Assembly (NCBI RefSeq): GCF_009914755.1
Contig: NC_060927.1
Direction: 5' to 3' (one strand)
Origin: the human T2T-CHM13v2.0 reference genome, Homo sapiens
Length of the DNA: 64,000 nucleotides
A program made the translations under genes and the position numbers. Shown piece by piece: positions 36,801-51,310 of this stretch; positions within the stretch are counted from its first letter, which is position 1; each line of letters starts with the position of its first letter. Under the pieces are notes generated by a model that was not told where the DNA came from, did no database searches, and worked only from the letters and a program-made list of their open reading frames with translations.

Positions 36801-39800
36801 ACATGCCTCTGAATTACCAATATGTCAGTACAAAAATTAAGAAGGAAGTTTTAAAAACACAAAATACCAAAACCTACAGGATACAACAAAACCAGTACTA
36901 AGAGGGAATTTTATAGCAATAAAAACATAAATCAAAAAAGTAGAAAGATTTCAAATAAAGAGCCTAACAATACATCTCAAAGACTTGGAAAAGCAAGAAC
37001 AAACCAAACCCCAAATTAGTAGAAGAAAAGAAATAATTAAGATCAGAACAGAAGTAAATGAAATAGATACTTTAAAAAAATGCAAAAGATCAATGAAACA
37101 AAAAGTTGGTTTTTTTCAAAGATAAAATCAAAAAACCATTAGACTAATAAAAGACAGAAGAGCCAAATAAACAAAATCAGAAATGAAAAAGGAGACATTA
37201 CAATTGATACCACAGAACGAAGAAGGATTGTTAGAGACTATTATAAACAACTATATACTAACGAATTGGAAAACCTAGCAGAAACAGATAAATTTCTGCA
37301 AACATATAACCTACCAAGAATGAACCAAGAAGAAATAGAAAACATAAACAGACAAATAAAAACTAATGAGATTGAATCAGTAACAAAAAGTCTTCCAACA
37401 AAGAAAAGCTCAGGATTGGATAGCTTTACTGCCAATCTTTTACTTTACTGCCAAGCTTTTCTACCAAAGCTTGGTAGAATTCTACCAAGCTTTTAAAGAA
37501 GAACTAAAACCAATTCTATTCAAAGTATTCTAAAATAATGAAGAAAGGAAAGTCTTCCAAGCTAATTTTATGAGGCCAGCATTATCCTAAGATCGAAACC
37601 AGAAAGAGGCACAACAGAAACATAAAACTACAGAACATTACTCCTGATAAGCATAGGTATAAAAATCCTCAACAAAATGCTGGCAAACCAAATCCAATAG
37701 TACAATAAAAAGATTATACATCATGATCAAATGGGATTTAACCTAGGGCTGCAAAAATGGTTCAACATACATAAATCAAAAAATGTCATAAGTCACATCA
37801 ACAGAATGAAGGACAAAAATCATATAATCATCTCAATGAATACAGAAAAAACATTTCATAAAATTTGACATCCCTTTATGATAAAAACTTTCAAAAAATT
37901 AGATATGGTAGGAACGTACCTCAATAAAATAAAGACCATATATCACAAAACCACAGCTAACATCCTACGGAAAGGGGAAAGTTGAAAGCTTTACCTCTAA
38001 GGACTGGAATAAGACAAGGATGCCCACTTCCACCTTATTTAACATATTACTGTAAGTCATAGCCAGGGAAATTAGGCAAAAGAAGAGATAAAGGATATCC
38101 AAACTGGGAAAGAAAGTCAGGTTGTCCTTGTTAGCAGAAGAGGTGATTTTATACAGAGAAAAACTAGAAGACTTTACCAGAAAACCCTTAGAACTGATAA
38201 ATAAATTGAGTAAAATCACAGGATACAAAAATCAATACACAAAAATCAGAATCAGTAGTATTTCTATATGGTAATAACAAACTGGCTGCAAAAAATTGTG
38301 AAAGCAATTTTATTTAAAATGACTACAAAAAAGAATACGTAGAAATAAATTTCACCAAGGAGGTGAAATATCTCTACCAATAAAAACTATAATACATTGA
38401 TGAAAGAAATCAAAGAAGACACATGAAAAAGATAAAAGACATTTCATGTTCATAGATTGGAAGAACAATATTGTCAAAATAACCATATTACCCAAAGCGA
38501 TCTACAGATTCAACGGAATATCTATCAAAATTCCAACTATATTCTTCACACAAACAGAAAAACAATTCTAGAATTTGTAAGGAACCATGAAAGATGCCGA
38601 ATAATTGAAGCAATTCTAAGCAAACAAAACAAAAACCCCAAACAATAAATAAACAAAAACAATGCTGGAGACATTACACTGGTTGAATTCAAAATATACT
38701 CTAAAGCCATATTTATCAGAAAAGCATGGTACTGGTATAAAAACACACATATAGACCAATGGAACAGAATAGAGAACCCAGAAATAAATTCATGTATTTA
38801 CGGTCAACTGATACGAAGAACATAAACTGGGGAAAGGATACCCTCTTTAACATATGATGCTGGGAAAACTGAATATCCACATGCAGAATAATGAAACTAG
38901 ACCTCTGTCTTTCACTATATAAAAAATCAACTTAAAATGGATTAAATACTTTAATTTCAAACACTATAAAACTACCAGAAGAAAACAGAGAATATGTTTT
39001 AGGACATTGACCTGGGCAAAGGTTTCATAGTTAATACTTCAAAAGCATGGGCAACAAAAGCAAACATGGACAAATGGAATTATATCAAATTAAAGCCTTT
39101 TGCACAGCAAACATTCAACAGAGCTAAGAGACAACCTTCAGGATGGGAGGAAATATTTGCAAACTCTTCCTTTGACAAGAGATTAATATTTAGAATATAC
39201 AGGGAACTCAAACAACTTAATAGCAAAAAACCAAACAATCCTATTTTTAAAAAATGGGCAAAGGATCTCAATAGACATTTCTCAAAAGAAGACATACAAA
39301 TGGCCAACAAATATATGAAAAAATGCTGAACATCACTAATTACCAGGGGAATGCAAGTCAAATCCACAGTGAGATATCATCTCACCCCAGTTAAAATGGC
39401 TATATCAAAAAGACAAAAAATAACAAATGCCAGCAAGGATGTGGAGAAAAGAGAAATCTTACATGGTTGGTGGAAATGTAAAGTAGTAAAGCCATTATGG
39501 AAAACAGTATGGAGGTTTCTCAAAAAACTAAAAATAAAACTACCATATGATCCAGCAATCATACAGCTAGGTGTCTATCCAATGGAAAGGAAATCAGTAT
39601 ATTAGAGATCTCTCTGCAGCTATGTTTATTGCAGCACTGTTTACAGTAGCCAGGGTATGAAATCAACCTAAATCTACCAATAGGTGAACAACTAAAGAAA
39701 ATGTGGTATATATACACAGTGGAATACTATTCAGCCATAGAAAAAAATGACATTATGTCATTTGTGGAAACATGGATGAGCCTAGAAAACATAACATGAA

Positions 39801-40925
39801 ATGGAAGAAGTCAGGCACAGAAAGAAAGACCACATGTTCTTATCCACATATGAGAACTAAAAAAGTTGAGCTTGGAGAGGTAGAGTAGTAATTACCAAAG
39901 GCTGAGAAGGGTGATGAGAGCGATAAGGAGAGATTGGTTAATAGACACGAAATTACAGCTAGATAGGAGGAATAAGTTCTACTGTTCATTAGCACTGTAA
40001 GGTGACTATCATTAATAATTTATTGTACATTTCCAAATAGCTAGAACAGAGGATTTTGAATGTTCTGAACACAAATAAATAATAAATGTTTGAGGTGATG
40101 GATGATGTCAGTTACTCTGGTTTGATCATTACAGGTTATGTATATGTATTGAAATATCACTTTGTACTCCATAAATAGGTACAATTATTTGTGTCAATTA
40201 AAATTCAAAAACACAAGGAAAGGTTTTCAGTTTCAACAGTCGTCAAGAAAATGCCATTAAACCTAAGAGATTATTTCAGACCACCAGAAAGTCTATGTTA
40301 AAAGGGAGATAACACGAAGTATTGGTAAGGATATGGAACAACTGGAAGTTTCACGTACTGCTGGTAACAGTGCAAATAAATATAACCACTTTGAAAACTC
40401 TTTGACAATATTTAGTAAAGCTAAACATATGTAAGCAAACTTGCTCCTATCTATATAACCAAAATAATTGGCCAGGCTGTGCATAAAAGACTTGTACTAG
40501 AGTGTCCATAACAATACTATCCACAGTAGCCCCAAGCTGGAAGCAATCCAAATGTCCATCCATAATAAAATGCATAAAAAGTACTATAGCTTGCACAATG
40601 GAACCCTTTAAAGCAATGAGAACAAGCAAATGTAATGGCATGGGAAAATCAAAGAAATATAAGTCAAGCAAAGACGTCATGCACAAAAGAACACAAATTG
40701 ATGAGTCTAAGAGTTCAGAAACAGGTGAAGTAAATCTCTGGTGTTAGATGTCACTGGTTACCTTTTGGGGGACAGTAGCTCCTTGGCTTGAGTGGGCCTT
40801 CTAGGGTGCTAGTAATGTCTTATTTCTTGATCTAATTGCTACTTAAATGGTTATATCTACTTTGTCAAAGAAAATTGAGCCCTACCTTGTTCCATTTTGC
40901 ACTTATCTGGTATGTATGGTATGTC
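33880..40925 (+). mobile_element. Older L1M (MD/ME-type) 3' portion, present as 33880-34244 and 40215-40925, split by the L1MA
   Basis: aaaatgggcaaaagacttgaacagg...ends near 34244 and the next L1 segment (aaaatgccattaaacc...tggtaaggatatggaacaactgga) resumes near 40215. Confidence 0.7.
34245..40211 (+). mobile_element. Near-full-length (~6 kb) inactive L1MA (MA4/5-like)
   Basis: GC-richer 5' region 34245-34900; ORF1 remnant to ~35840; ORF2 ATG (atgacaggagtaagt) at 36030 with many stops and frameshifts; L1MA-type 3' UTR (agctagataggaggaataagttcta...gtacaattattt). Confidence 0.9.
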
Positions 40926-41730
40926 CTTAGAGTGTATGTGTGTAAAGCCTTGAAATGCTGTGATGAAATACTGCTTCCACAAACTAAAGAATTGTTAGTC
41001 CCGAAATAGATGATACAGCTTACATGTTAAAATAAATTAAGTCAAGGAAAGCAAATGAAGCTCTTTAAAAAACAGCAATGTGTCTTAACTGTTCTAAATT
41101 CTTCCTTCTCAGTAGTTTGTCTACAGTGAGGTCTAAATATCTGTTCTCATTGTTGCCTTTTGTCAATTGGAAGCTCATTTGAATGTTTTTCAGTTTTCCT
41201 TCTTATTTTCTTTTCCATAAGATTAAACTGAAATAGACTGATGGATCTCACCTCATCCTGGATTTCTTACATTTCTAGGTTTCTTTACAGTTTTTAAGGA
41301 TGATGTGCTATATCCCAGATGCAGTGCCTAAAACCAGATATCATATTGAGTGATTTGCTGCATTTCTTATTGGCTTGTGTAAATATACCAGTGGGCACCA
41401 GAGGAGTCATTATTGTCAATCACATCAGGGATCCAAGCATGGAGGAGTCTGAGAATGCAATTATGTAGCAAATAATTCCATCCAGTGGAGAGGGCTAATG
41501 ATACAAGAACAGAACTGCAGACAGGGATCTGTGGTTTTGTAAATGAATAAATAATATTATGTTTCCAAAAATGACCGGTCAAATTTAGCTCCGTGGAGAA
41601 ACTGATCACGGTAATGTACAGACATGTCAAGACATCTCTTCTTCTTTCCTCAATATCTTTAGGAATGAGAAATTAGGAAAGAGGTTGGTCATTCAAACTA
41701 GCTTTTTCTTCTCTAGCCAATTAGAACTGT

Positions 41731-41857
41731 TCAGCTGGGGGAGGCTAAGGAGGAAGGATCGTTATAATTGTGCCACTGCACACCAGCCTGGGCAACCCTC
41801 TCTCTAAAAAAAAAAAAAGAAGAAGAAGAAGAAGAAGAAGAAGAAGAAGAAGAAGAA
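41731..41857 (+). mobile_element. Truncated Alu right-arm fragment with A13(GAA)13 tail
   Basis: ggaggctaagg...gtgccactgcacaccagcctgggcaac; A 41806-41818; GAA 41819-41857. Confidence 0.85.
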
Positions 41858-41953
41858 AATATCTAGCTGGGTTTGGGTTAATGGCCTGTAAGGAGTAGAT
41901 CAGTATTTCAGGAGACTGCTGGTCTGGCAAACATTTAAAGCAAAGACTTCTTT

Positions 41954-43895
<1,942 letters not shown>

Positions 43896-44405
43896 CTAGC
43901 TATTTTTGAAAGCATCTACTGTAGTCTAGGTTTCTTAGATATATATTTTGTTTAATTCTCAAACATCCCTGACACTAATGACAGTAGCAGGAGCAGCTTT
44001 GAAAAAGATCACTCCCTTTTACTGAATGTTTATGACATGCCAGACACTGCACTAAGGATGTAATTTAAAACACTCTCAAGGTGAGATATCCATTTTTCGG
44101 AGGAGAATGTATTGGAATCCCATCATTAATCTATTTCACTGATGTGAATTTGATGACAGTCCTTTGGCAAAAAGAGAAAGGGAGAAAGAAGCTGAAGGAA
44201 TAAGGGAGAAAAAAAATGATGTTCCAAATTTGTTCTATGTTCTACATAAAGATCTTGTGTCCAGGAGTTGGTGTGAAGAAGAGGTAGACCTGTTATTTAT
44301 TCTGCCCCTAATCGCCACCACTTTGTTCCTCTCACTGGGTGAAAAACAAATCACACTGGGGTGAGAACAAGTTAAGTATTCAAAGATGCATTTATCTTCC
44401 CTCCC

Positions 44406-44406
<1 letters not shown>

Positions 44407-44452
<46 letters not shown>
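44407..44452. repeat. (AC)23 microsatellite
   Basis: Uninterrupted AC run. Confidence 0.97.
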
Positions 44453-44454
<2 letters not shown>

Positions 44455-44736
44455 CTTAAAAGCAAGAAGTCTTCATTTACAATGGAAGAAGCAGAAATTT
44501 CTCAATGCTGGGCAACCGAAATTATTTTCCTTTTTCAAGAGTAATTTTAAGTATCACTGATTTTTGCTTTATGTTTTTACATTAAAATTTACCATCCACC
44601 ACCCTTACTCTCCTAGCATAAAGATGGTACACCACTCACTGTACTGAGTTTCAGGGTTTTGATGCCCAAGATTAGAAAGTGACTAGTGGCATTAAGACCC
44701 TATCTGAAATCCACCGACTGACGTAAAACCAATTCC

Positions 44737-44879
44737 ATTCTAAGAGGACTCAACTAACAGGCTGGTTATATGGATTGAATGAACTTATGTGTAGGGTTGG
44801 TGCACATGTACTGAGAACTCTATAAATCTTAGCTTTTATTATTGTTACAGTGTGGATTGATTCCCTAGGGCTGCTGTAA
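44737..44879 (+). repeat. Non-tandem local duplicate of 45938-46077 (MIR tail plus MLT1C end)
   Basis: Direct alignment by eye, ~91% identity over ~140 bp. Confidence 0.92.
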
Positions 44880-44925
44880 TATGAAATCTTCCTTTGGTGG
44901 CACCATAGTTGTGGACAATGTGAAG

Positions 44926-45270
44926 GCAGGAGTTCTCCAACTTATTGCTCAACCTCAGAGCTTGTTAAAAGGCTTATACCCAGGTTCACATGCAGAGATT
45001 CTGATTCAGTAGGTCTGGGCCTGAGTTTTCTTTTTTAAAAACAACAAGAACAACAAACCAAGCACTTAGGTGAAGTAGGCACTTGGAGTAAAATGGTTTC
45101 ACTAGCTTGGCGTGGTGGCTCTCGCCTGCAATCCTAGCACTTTGGGAAGCTGAAGCTAGAGGATTGCTTGAGGCCAGGAGTTCGAGACCAGTCTGGACAA
45201 CATAGCAAGACCTTATCTCTTAAATTGAAAAAACAAACAAACAAGTAATGGCTACACTTTGAGGAACATG
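44926..45270. mobile_element. MER5A-like MITE interrupted by a FLAM
   Basis: cagagattctgattcagtaggtctggg core; acactttgagg after the FLAM. Confidence 0.55.
45104..45244 (+). mobile_element. FLAM_C-like Alu monomer
   Basis: ggcgtggtggct...ggattgcttgaggccaggagttcgagacc...A-rich tail. Confidence 0.85.
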
Positions 45271-45317
45271 AAATTAAAGGAAGACTCCAGAAGAAAATTC
45301 CTTAAGTTAAAAAAATT

Positions 45318-45457
45318 GGCAGGGCAAGGTGGCTCACACCTGTAATCCTAGAACTTTGGGAGGCTGAGATGAAAGTTTTGCTTGAGGTCAGGAGTTTGAG
45401 ACCAGCCTCGTCAACATAGCAAGACCCTATCTAATAAACAAATATTAAAAAGAAAAG
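45318..45457 (+). mobile_element. FLAM_C-like Alu monomer
   Basis: ggtggctcacacctgtaatcc...caacatagcaagaccc...A-rich tail. Confidence 0.85.
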
Positions 45458-45814
45458 TAACTCTTTTCACCTAAGAAATATAAAATTGTAACTTTGAATA
45501 TGCTCCTTCAAACTATAATTGCATCACCTCCCCATGGAGATTCTGATTTTTCTTCTCCACATCGTGGGGACTGTGTTCGGTTTGACAATTTCTGTGCTCC
45601 AATGTTATCTTGCTAATAGACCTAAAACAAAATTTCTTCCTAACAATCTTAATGACTGTGCCATTAAGACAATGTTACTAAGAAAACATTCCTTCTGAAT
45701 TTGTTAAATCCTCCTTCATTAAAAAGTTATGAACCTACTCATTAAACAAAGGAGGAATGTCTCTTCACCTTTTATTTCCTATAGTACACCAAAAGGTTTT
45801 AAAGGTAGTGGCTG

Positions 45815-46045
45815 GACGGATGTTTAGAGTCAGGGCAATCGCAGTTGGAGTCTCTTAACTGCCCTTTAGTAGTTGTGTGACCTGGGGCAAGTTACCTAAC
45901 CTTTCTAGACCTCAGTTTCTTGGTTTATAGAATATGGATTCTAAGAGGACTCAACTAATAGATTGGTTATGTGGATTGAACAAACTTATGTGTTGGGTTG
46001 GCACGCATGTACTGAGAGCTCCATAAATCTTAGCTTTTATTATTA
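45815..46045 (+). mobile_element. MIR
   Basis: tagttgtgtgacctggggcaagttacctaacc...cctcagtttc. Confidence 0.8.
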
Positions 46046-46224
46046 CAGTGTGGATTGATTCCCTAGGGCTGCTGTAACAAATTGCCATGAACTGTGTGAC
46101 TTACAAGAACAGAAATTAATTATCTCAAAGTTTTGTGGCCAGAAGTCCAAAAGTCAAGGTGTCAGCAGGGCCATACTCTCTCTCAAGGCTTTAGAGGAGA
46201 ATCATTCCTTGCCTCTTCCAGTTT

Positions 46225-46530
46225 CTTTTTCTTTTCTTTTTTTTTTTTGAAATGGAGTCTTGCTCTGTCACCCAGGCTGGAGTACAGTGATATGATCTTG
46301 GCTTACTGCAGCCTCCACCTCCCAGGTTTAAGCTATTCTCCTGCTTCAGCCTCCCGAGTAGCTGGGACTACATGTGAGTACCACCACACCAGGCTAATTT
46401 TTGTAATTTTAGTAGAGTTGGGGTTTCGCCATGTTGGCCAGTCTGGTCTTGAACTCCTGATCTCAAGTGATCCTCCCACGTCGGCCTCCCAAAGTGCTGG
46501 GATTACAGACATGAGCCGCTGTGCCTGGCC
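46225..46530 (-). mobile_element. AluS (Sz-like)
   Basis: Dimeric Alu; TSD cttccagttt at 46215-46224 and 46532-46541. Confidence 0.95.
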
Positions 46531-46809
46531 ACTTCCAGTTTTCGATAGCTCCAGACTTTCCTCAGTGTTTGGCTGCCTAACTCCAGTCTCTGCCTGTGTT
46601 TTAAAATTGCCTTCTCTTCTCTCTGTGATTGTCTTCTCTGTATGTCTTCTTAATGACACTTGTCATTGGATTTAGCACCTGCTGGGATAATCCAGGATGA
46701 TCTAATCTTGAGATCCTTAATTTAATTACGTCTGCAAAGATTCATTTTCCAAATAAGGTTGCATTAACAGGTTCTGGAGATTAGGATGTGAACATACCAT
46801 TTTTGGGGT

Positions 46810-47255
46810 TTAAACCCAAAAGTATCTGAGTCAGATCTCAATCATTTAGAGGTTTATTTTGCCAAGGTTAAGAACATGCCCAGAAAAAAAAAGAAATACA
46901 CAATCACAGAAGCAGTCTGTGGTCCGTTCCTTTTTCCAAAGATGATTTTGAGGGCTTCAATATTTAAAGGGGAAAAGCAGGCTGGAGGGGAAAGGGGGAG
47001 GGTATGGTCATATTACTGAATCTACATGTTGTAAGAGAAAAGGAGCAGAATAGTCAATCGTGTATTTGACTCATGTTCAGTAAATCATCACTTTACATAA
47101 AGATAAAGTGAACCTAGAGCAGCTCGCTGTGGAGATATCTTACCTTTCGTCTGTAACTATCTGCTTAGGAACAAAAGGAAAGGCAGTTTCTTGCAGGACT
47201 CAGCTTTCTGCTTAGTTTTTTTTTTCCTTTTGGGGTTCTGAGATTTTCTTTTACA
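46810..47255 (-). mobile_element. MER4A-like ERV1 solo LTR
   Basis: aagtatctgag...tttattttgccaaggttaag...atctgcttaggaacaaaaggaaaggcagtttcttgca.gactcagcttt. Confidence 0.85.
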
Positions 47256-48172
47256 AGGTCCACCATTCAACTCACTAAACAGAATATGTTTATAATAATT
47301 TGTATGTGTGTGTGTTTACAAATTACTTTTATATACATTGCCTCATTTAAAATTTTAATTCTTACAACATTCTTGCAAAGGAGGAATATGATGATTACAC
47401 GAACACCAGTAATCCAACAAACAATATGAAAACTACTATGAGAGATGGAGAGGAGGAAGAAGGCACGAGATTGCTTCCTATAAAGGGATGTTAAGCAAAA
47501 GCTTTATGAAACAACTAAAAGCCTACATGTAACAGGACTTGAAGAATGAGTAGAATTTTGAGCCTTAGATTTCTTTTTTATTTAACCGGAATATTAACAT
47601 TATAGGCTTGCCACGAGCATTAAGCCACAGAACTCATGTAAAACACTTAATACATAGCTTTGCATATAGTGTTTAATACTTATTTTTCATAAGCACTATT
47701 AAATATTGCTTTTTCAATACCTACCAAATACATGATGCAAATTATAACATTCCTTTTCTTGTATAGAATATTATATCCATTATACTTTAAAATGTTTCCT
47801 TCTCTTTTTAAAAATAACAGTGATTTTGGTAAATCTTTCTGAAAGTTATCAATCATTTTACGAGAAAAATTTAAAAAGTCATTTATGCTAGAATATTCTG
47901 CCACCTACAGGTAACCAGGGCTGCTACAATTCTCACAATACCTCGTTGCTTTTGCCAATGTTAAGTAGACGCAGGGGCATCTACTTAGACTGTAGCAGGG
48001 CTCAATAAATACTTGTTGCTTTGTTAATATATTATTGTCAGCACCTGTTAGTCAAAGTGCTTCTTTAGACATGAAAAGATATTCATGCTTTACCCTCATG
48101 CTCCTGATTATTGAAATTTCAGAAAAAGCACAAATTTTTCAGCTTTTAATAGATCATTTGATCATATAACTT

Positions 48173-48350
48173 AATGGTTTTCAAAGTGTTATTCCTGGAT
48201 CAGTAGCAATGCCTGGGACCTTTTTAGAAATGCAAATAGTTGGACCTCCTAGAATTGCAAATCAAAAGCTCTGGGGGTGGCGTCCAGAACGCTGTGGTTT
48301 AATAGGCTGGCCAGGTGGTTCTGATGTATCCTAAAGCTTGAGAACCATTG
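48173..48350. mobile_element. MER5A MITE
   Basis: atggttttcaaagtg...tagaaatgcaaat...ctctgggggtgg...ttctgatg...ttgagaaccattg (TIR-like ends). Confidence 0.8.
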
Positions 48351-49169
48351 ATCTGGATGTTGGAAGTGGGGGCTTCTATAGAGCAGGTGAATGGGGGATA
48401 AGGTGAATCCTGCATGCTTACAGTAGTGTAGGGAGAAGGAGGAACCAGTGAGAAAAGCCTAGCCCAACTGCACAGCTTCATAAATTAGCAAATCAAAAAT
48501 ATTTCATTTGGGTAAACATATACTTTATGTGTTGGCAACACTATGACTTGGCTACTTCTTTCTTCCAGCTAGAGAATTATGGTTTTTTTCTATCAAGACT
48601 TTAAGGGAAATGTTGGCTTAGATTGTTTTCTACTTTCTCTTACATTAAAATCATTTATGAGATTAAGCTAAATCTCTTAGGTAACTAAAATTTTACTCAC
48701 ACGCATAGCTAGAACCCAAACTGCAAACCTTTTAGAGTTCAAGAGACATTATTCCACCTTACCTCATTTAAAATCCATAAAGCAGTATAACAAAAGTAGG
48801 TCATTATTATTACCAAATATCTTAATGCACAGGATGGGAGAATATTCTTATTTGCAAATATGGATTTGAAATCAAGGCATGTCCTCCTTTAATTATGCCA
48901 AGATCTCAGGATTTATTTTATGGTACAAAATAACATATCAGGGCTTTTAAATCTCTTTGGCTAAGAAGCATCATGGAGACGGTAGAAATGCAGTACCAAT
49001 ATGAACAGCTAGTGAAAAACATGACCTGGGTCCTGACAGGGAAAAGAAAATGGAGCATCACAAGAACATTTCTCCCACTTAGCAACAACTGCTGTGAGGC
49101 TAAGGGCAAGAGAACTCAACCTAGCAACACTTACTTGTTTCCTCCTAAGAAAGCCTGGAGAGACCTGTG

Positions 49170-49640
49170 AATGAAGTCAGAATTTCATCTTCACCCTTGA
49201 CTTGCTGTCTGAAGGACTCCAGCACATTGCTTAAGCTCCCTAAACCTCAGTTTTCACCGTAAGACATGGATAACAACACACTCTACTGCAAGAGGCGGTA
49301 GTGAGAGTTTAATAAGGAACCGGTTCTCAAACTCGGCTGTATATTGGAATTACCTGGGGATCTTTAGCAACTACTGTCATGAGGTAATCCAGGCAAAAAA
49401 GCGCTTAGGATAATGCTTATCCTGTAAGAAGAGTGAGACCTGCAGTAGCAGTTATTATTGCTGCATGTAAGGTAATAGGTTAAATGGTTGTTGCAAGCCA
49501 GGGTGCACAGTAAAGTTACCTGGAAAACACTGATACGCAGGCCCCCACTTGAGGCATTCTGATGTGCCTGATGTGGAATGGGGACCTGAGCGTTTGCTCA
49601 AAGTCTCTAGGTGACTGATGTGGAGCCAAGGCAGAGAAGA
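49170..49640. mobile_element. MIR and MER5 fragments (mosaic)
   Basis: cctcagttttcaccgtaa (MIR); ggttctcaaact...gaattacctgggga and gcattctgat...tggggacctg (MER5). Confidence 0.5.
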
Positions 49641-49877
49641 GAATTTTGTGCTATTTATTGAAAGATGAATAAAATAAGGGTCTTCCCCTTAACGTGTCTA
49701 TAATCTTATAAGACAAAACAAGATGAACTGTAATCACAGTATCCTAAGATTTGAGCACTTAACTATGCGCTGGATCTATGCTAAACACATAAATATGGAT
49801 TACATCTCTGTATGACAATACCATAAGATGGGTACTACTATTGTTAGTAGCAAAAAATTGTTAATATCTCCATTACC

Positions 49878-50326
49878 TTTTTTTTTTTAACTTTTAAGTT
49901 TGGGGGTTCACGTGCAGGTTTGTTACATAGGTAAACTTGTGTCATGGGGGTTTGTTGTACAGATTATTTCACCACCCAGGTATTAAGTCTAGTTATTTTT
50001 CCTGATCCTCTCCCTCCTCCCACCCTTCACCCTCCAAAAGGCCCCAGTGTGTGTTGTTACCCTCAGTGTGTTCGTGAGTTCTCATCATTTAGCTTCCACT
50101 TATAAGTGAGAACATGTGGTATTTGGTTTTCTTTTCCTGTGTTAGTCTTCTGAGGATATTGACCTCCAGCTCCATCTATGTCCCTGCAAAGGACATGACC
50201 TTATTCTTTTTTTATGGCTGCATGGTATTCCATGGTATATATGTACCACATTTTCTTTATTCAGTACATCATTGATGGACATTTAGGTTGATTGCATGCC
50301 TTTGCTATTGTAAATAGCACTGCAAT
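49878..50326 (-). mobile_element. Older L1PA (PA11-13-like) 3' end
   Basis: gtgcaggtttgttacataggtaaacttgtgtcatgggggtttgttgtacagattatttc...ccacttataagtgagaacatg. Confidence 0.9.
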
Positions 50327-50839
50327 CCCGGCACTTTCCAAGAAGCCAAGAATTTCCTTGTTTTATGAAAATGGAAGATGACTTCAGGATTGTAAGCATG
50401 AATGTAGGATCACAGACAGAGTGAAATTTTCTGCATAATCAAAGTGGATACATCTATGATGTCTGAAGAGACCAAGAGAGAAAAAAATCAGAACTGGGGG
50501 AGTGGTTAAAGTGCTGAGGAGGTGGGGTGGGAGAGGTAGAGGGAAGAATTTGAAGATGATATAAATACTTGTTTAAGTAAAAGAGGTGTTTACTTAAAAG
50601 CATGAGCTTCTACACTGCATGGTATAACTAGATTTCTTATAGAAACCAACTTGTGAACTAAGCACAACTGATGGAGAGATTAAGCAGTCACCTGCTGAGA
50701 ACAAGGGTTACAGCTCAAACCTGGGTGACATGCTCATTAACGAGGTGAGGGAGCTGAGGTTTAATAGGTTAAATAAATTGCCCTGAGTTAAGAGCTAGCT
50801 AATGGTAAAGCTGATGCCCAGGACTAAAATCTTATCTAT

Positions 50840-51310
50840 TTCACCCTGTCAGGTAGATTGTGGCCAGAGGTGTATTCAAGTGTTAAGGATAATAGTCATC
50901 TCTCTGGGGGAATTAGGAAGGACTTGAAAAGGAAGACATTTGAGAATGGAGCATGATGGGCTTTGGACAAGACAGGGTAGGAGAGAGCAGTCTGCTTTGA
51001 GATAGTGATTGGGCAAAGAAAGACTCCAGGAGGGGAAGTATGATAGGGAAGGGAAGTATGATAGGAAGGTGATGTTTTGGTTGAGGCAACGTGAAATCCT
51101 CTGGGGCTGAAAGCTAGAATGAATGTCAGAAGATGCTGTGAAATTAGGGGGGAAAGGGAGGCTTGGACCAGATTGTAGAGCTCTGCATTTTTAGAAGCTT
51201 GGATTTAATTTGAGGGACAGTAGGGAACAACTGTAGACTGTAGACTTTTGAGCAGGGAAATGACACAATAAGGGAAATAACCGCATTTTAAAAATATGCC
51301 TAGCAGCAAT
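50840..51310 (-). mobile_element. L2 fragment
   Basis: ggaagacatttgag...ggaccagattgtagag...ggatttaatttgagg...ttttgagcagggaaatgacac. Confidence 0.55.

Larger units (their letters stand above)
46049..47280 (-). mobile_element. MLT1C-like LTR split by an Alu and a MER4A LTR
   Basis: tagggctgctgtaacaaattgcca...caaggtgtcagcagggcc...gataatccaggatgatct...ccaaataaggt; terminal ccaccattcaactcacta after 47255. Confidence 0.8.

Noticed and set aside
46133-46675. 180-aa ORF and similar ORFs at 58673, 59280, 62549 and 63647
   Set aside because: Antisense Alu frames (LSPRLE..., [15 protein letters not shown]).
51033-51065. 15-bp direct repeat gggaagtatgatagg, and similar micro-duplications near 36000, 36320 and 63365
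   Set aside because: Ordinary slippage duplications inside old repeats.
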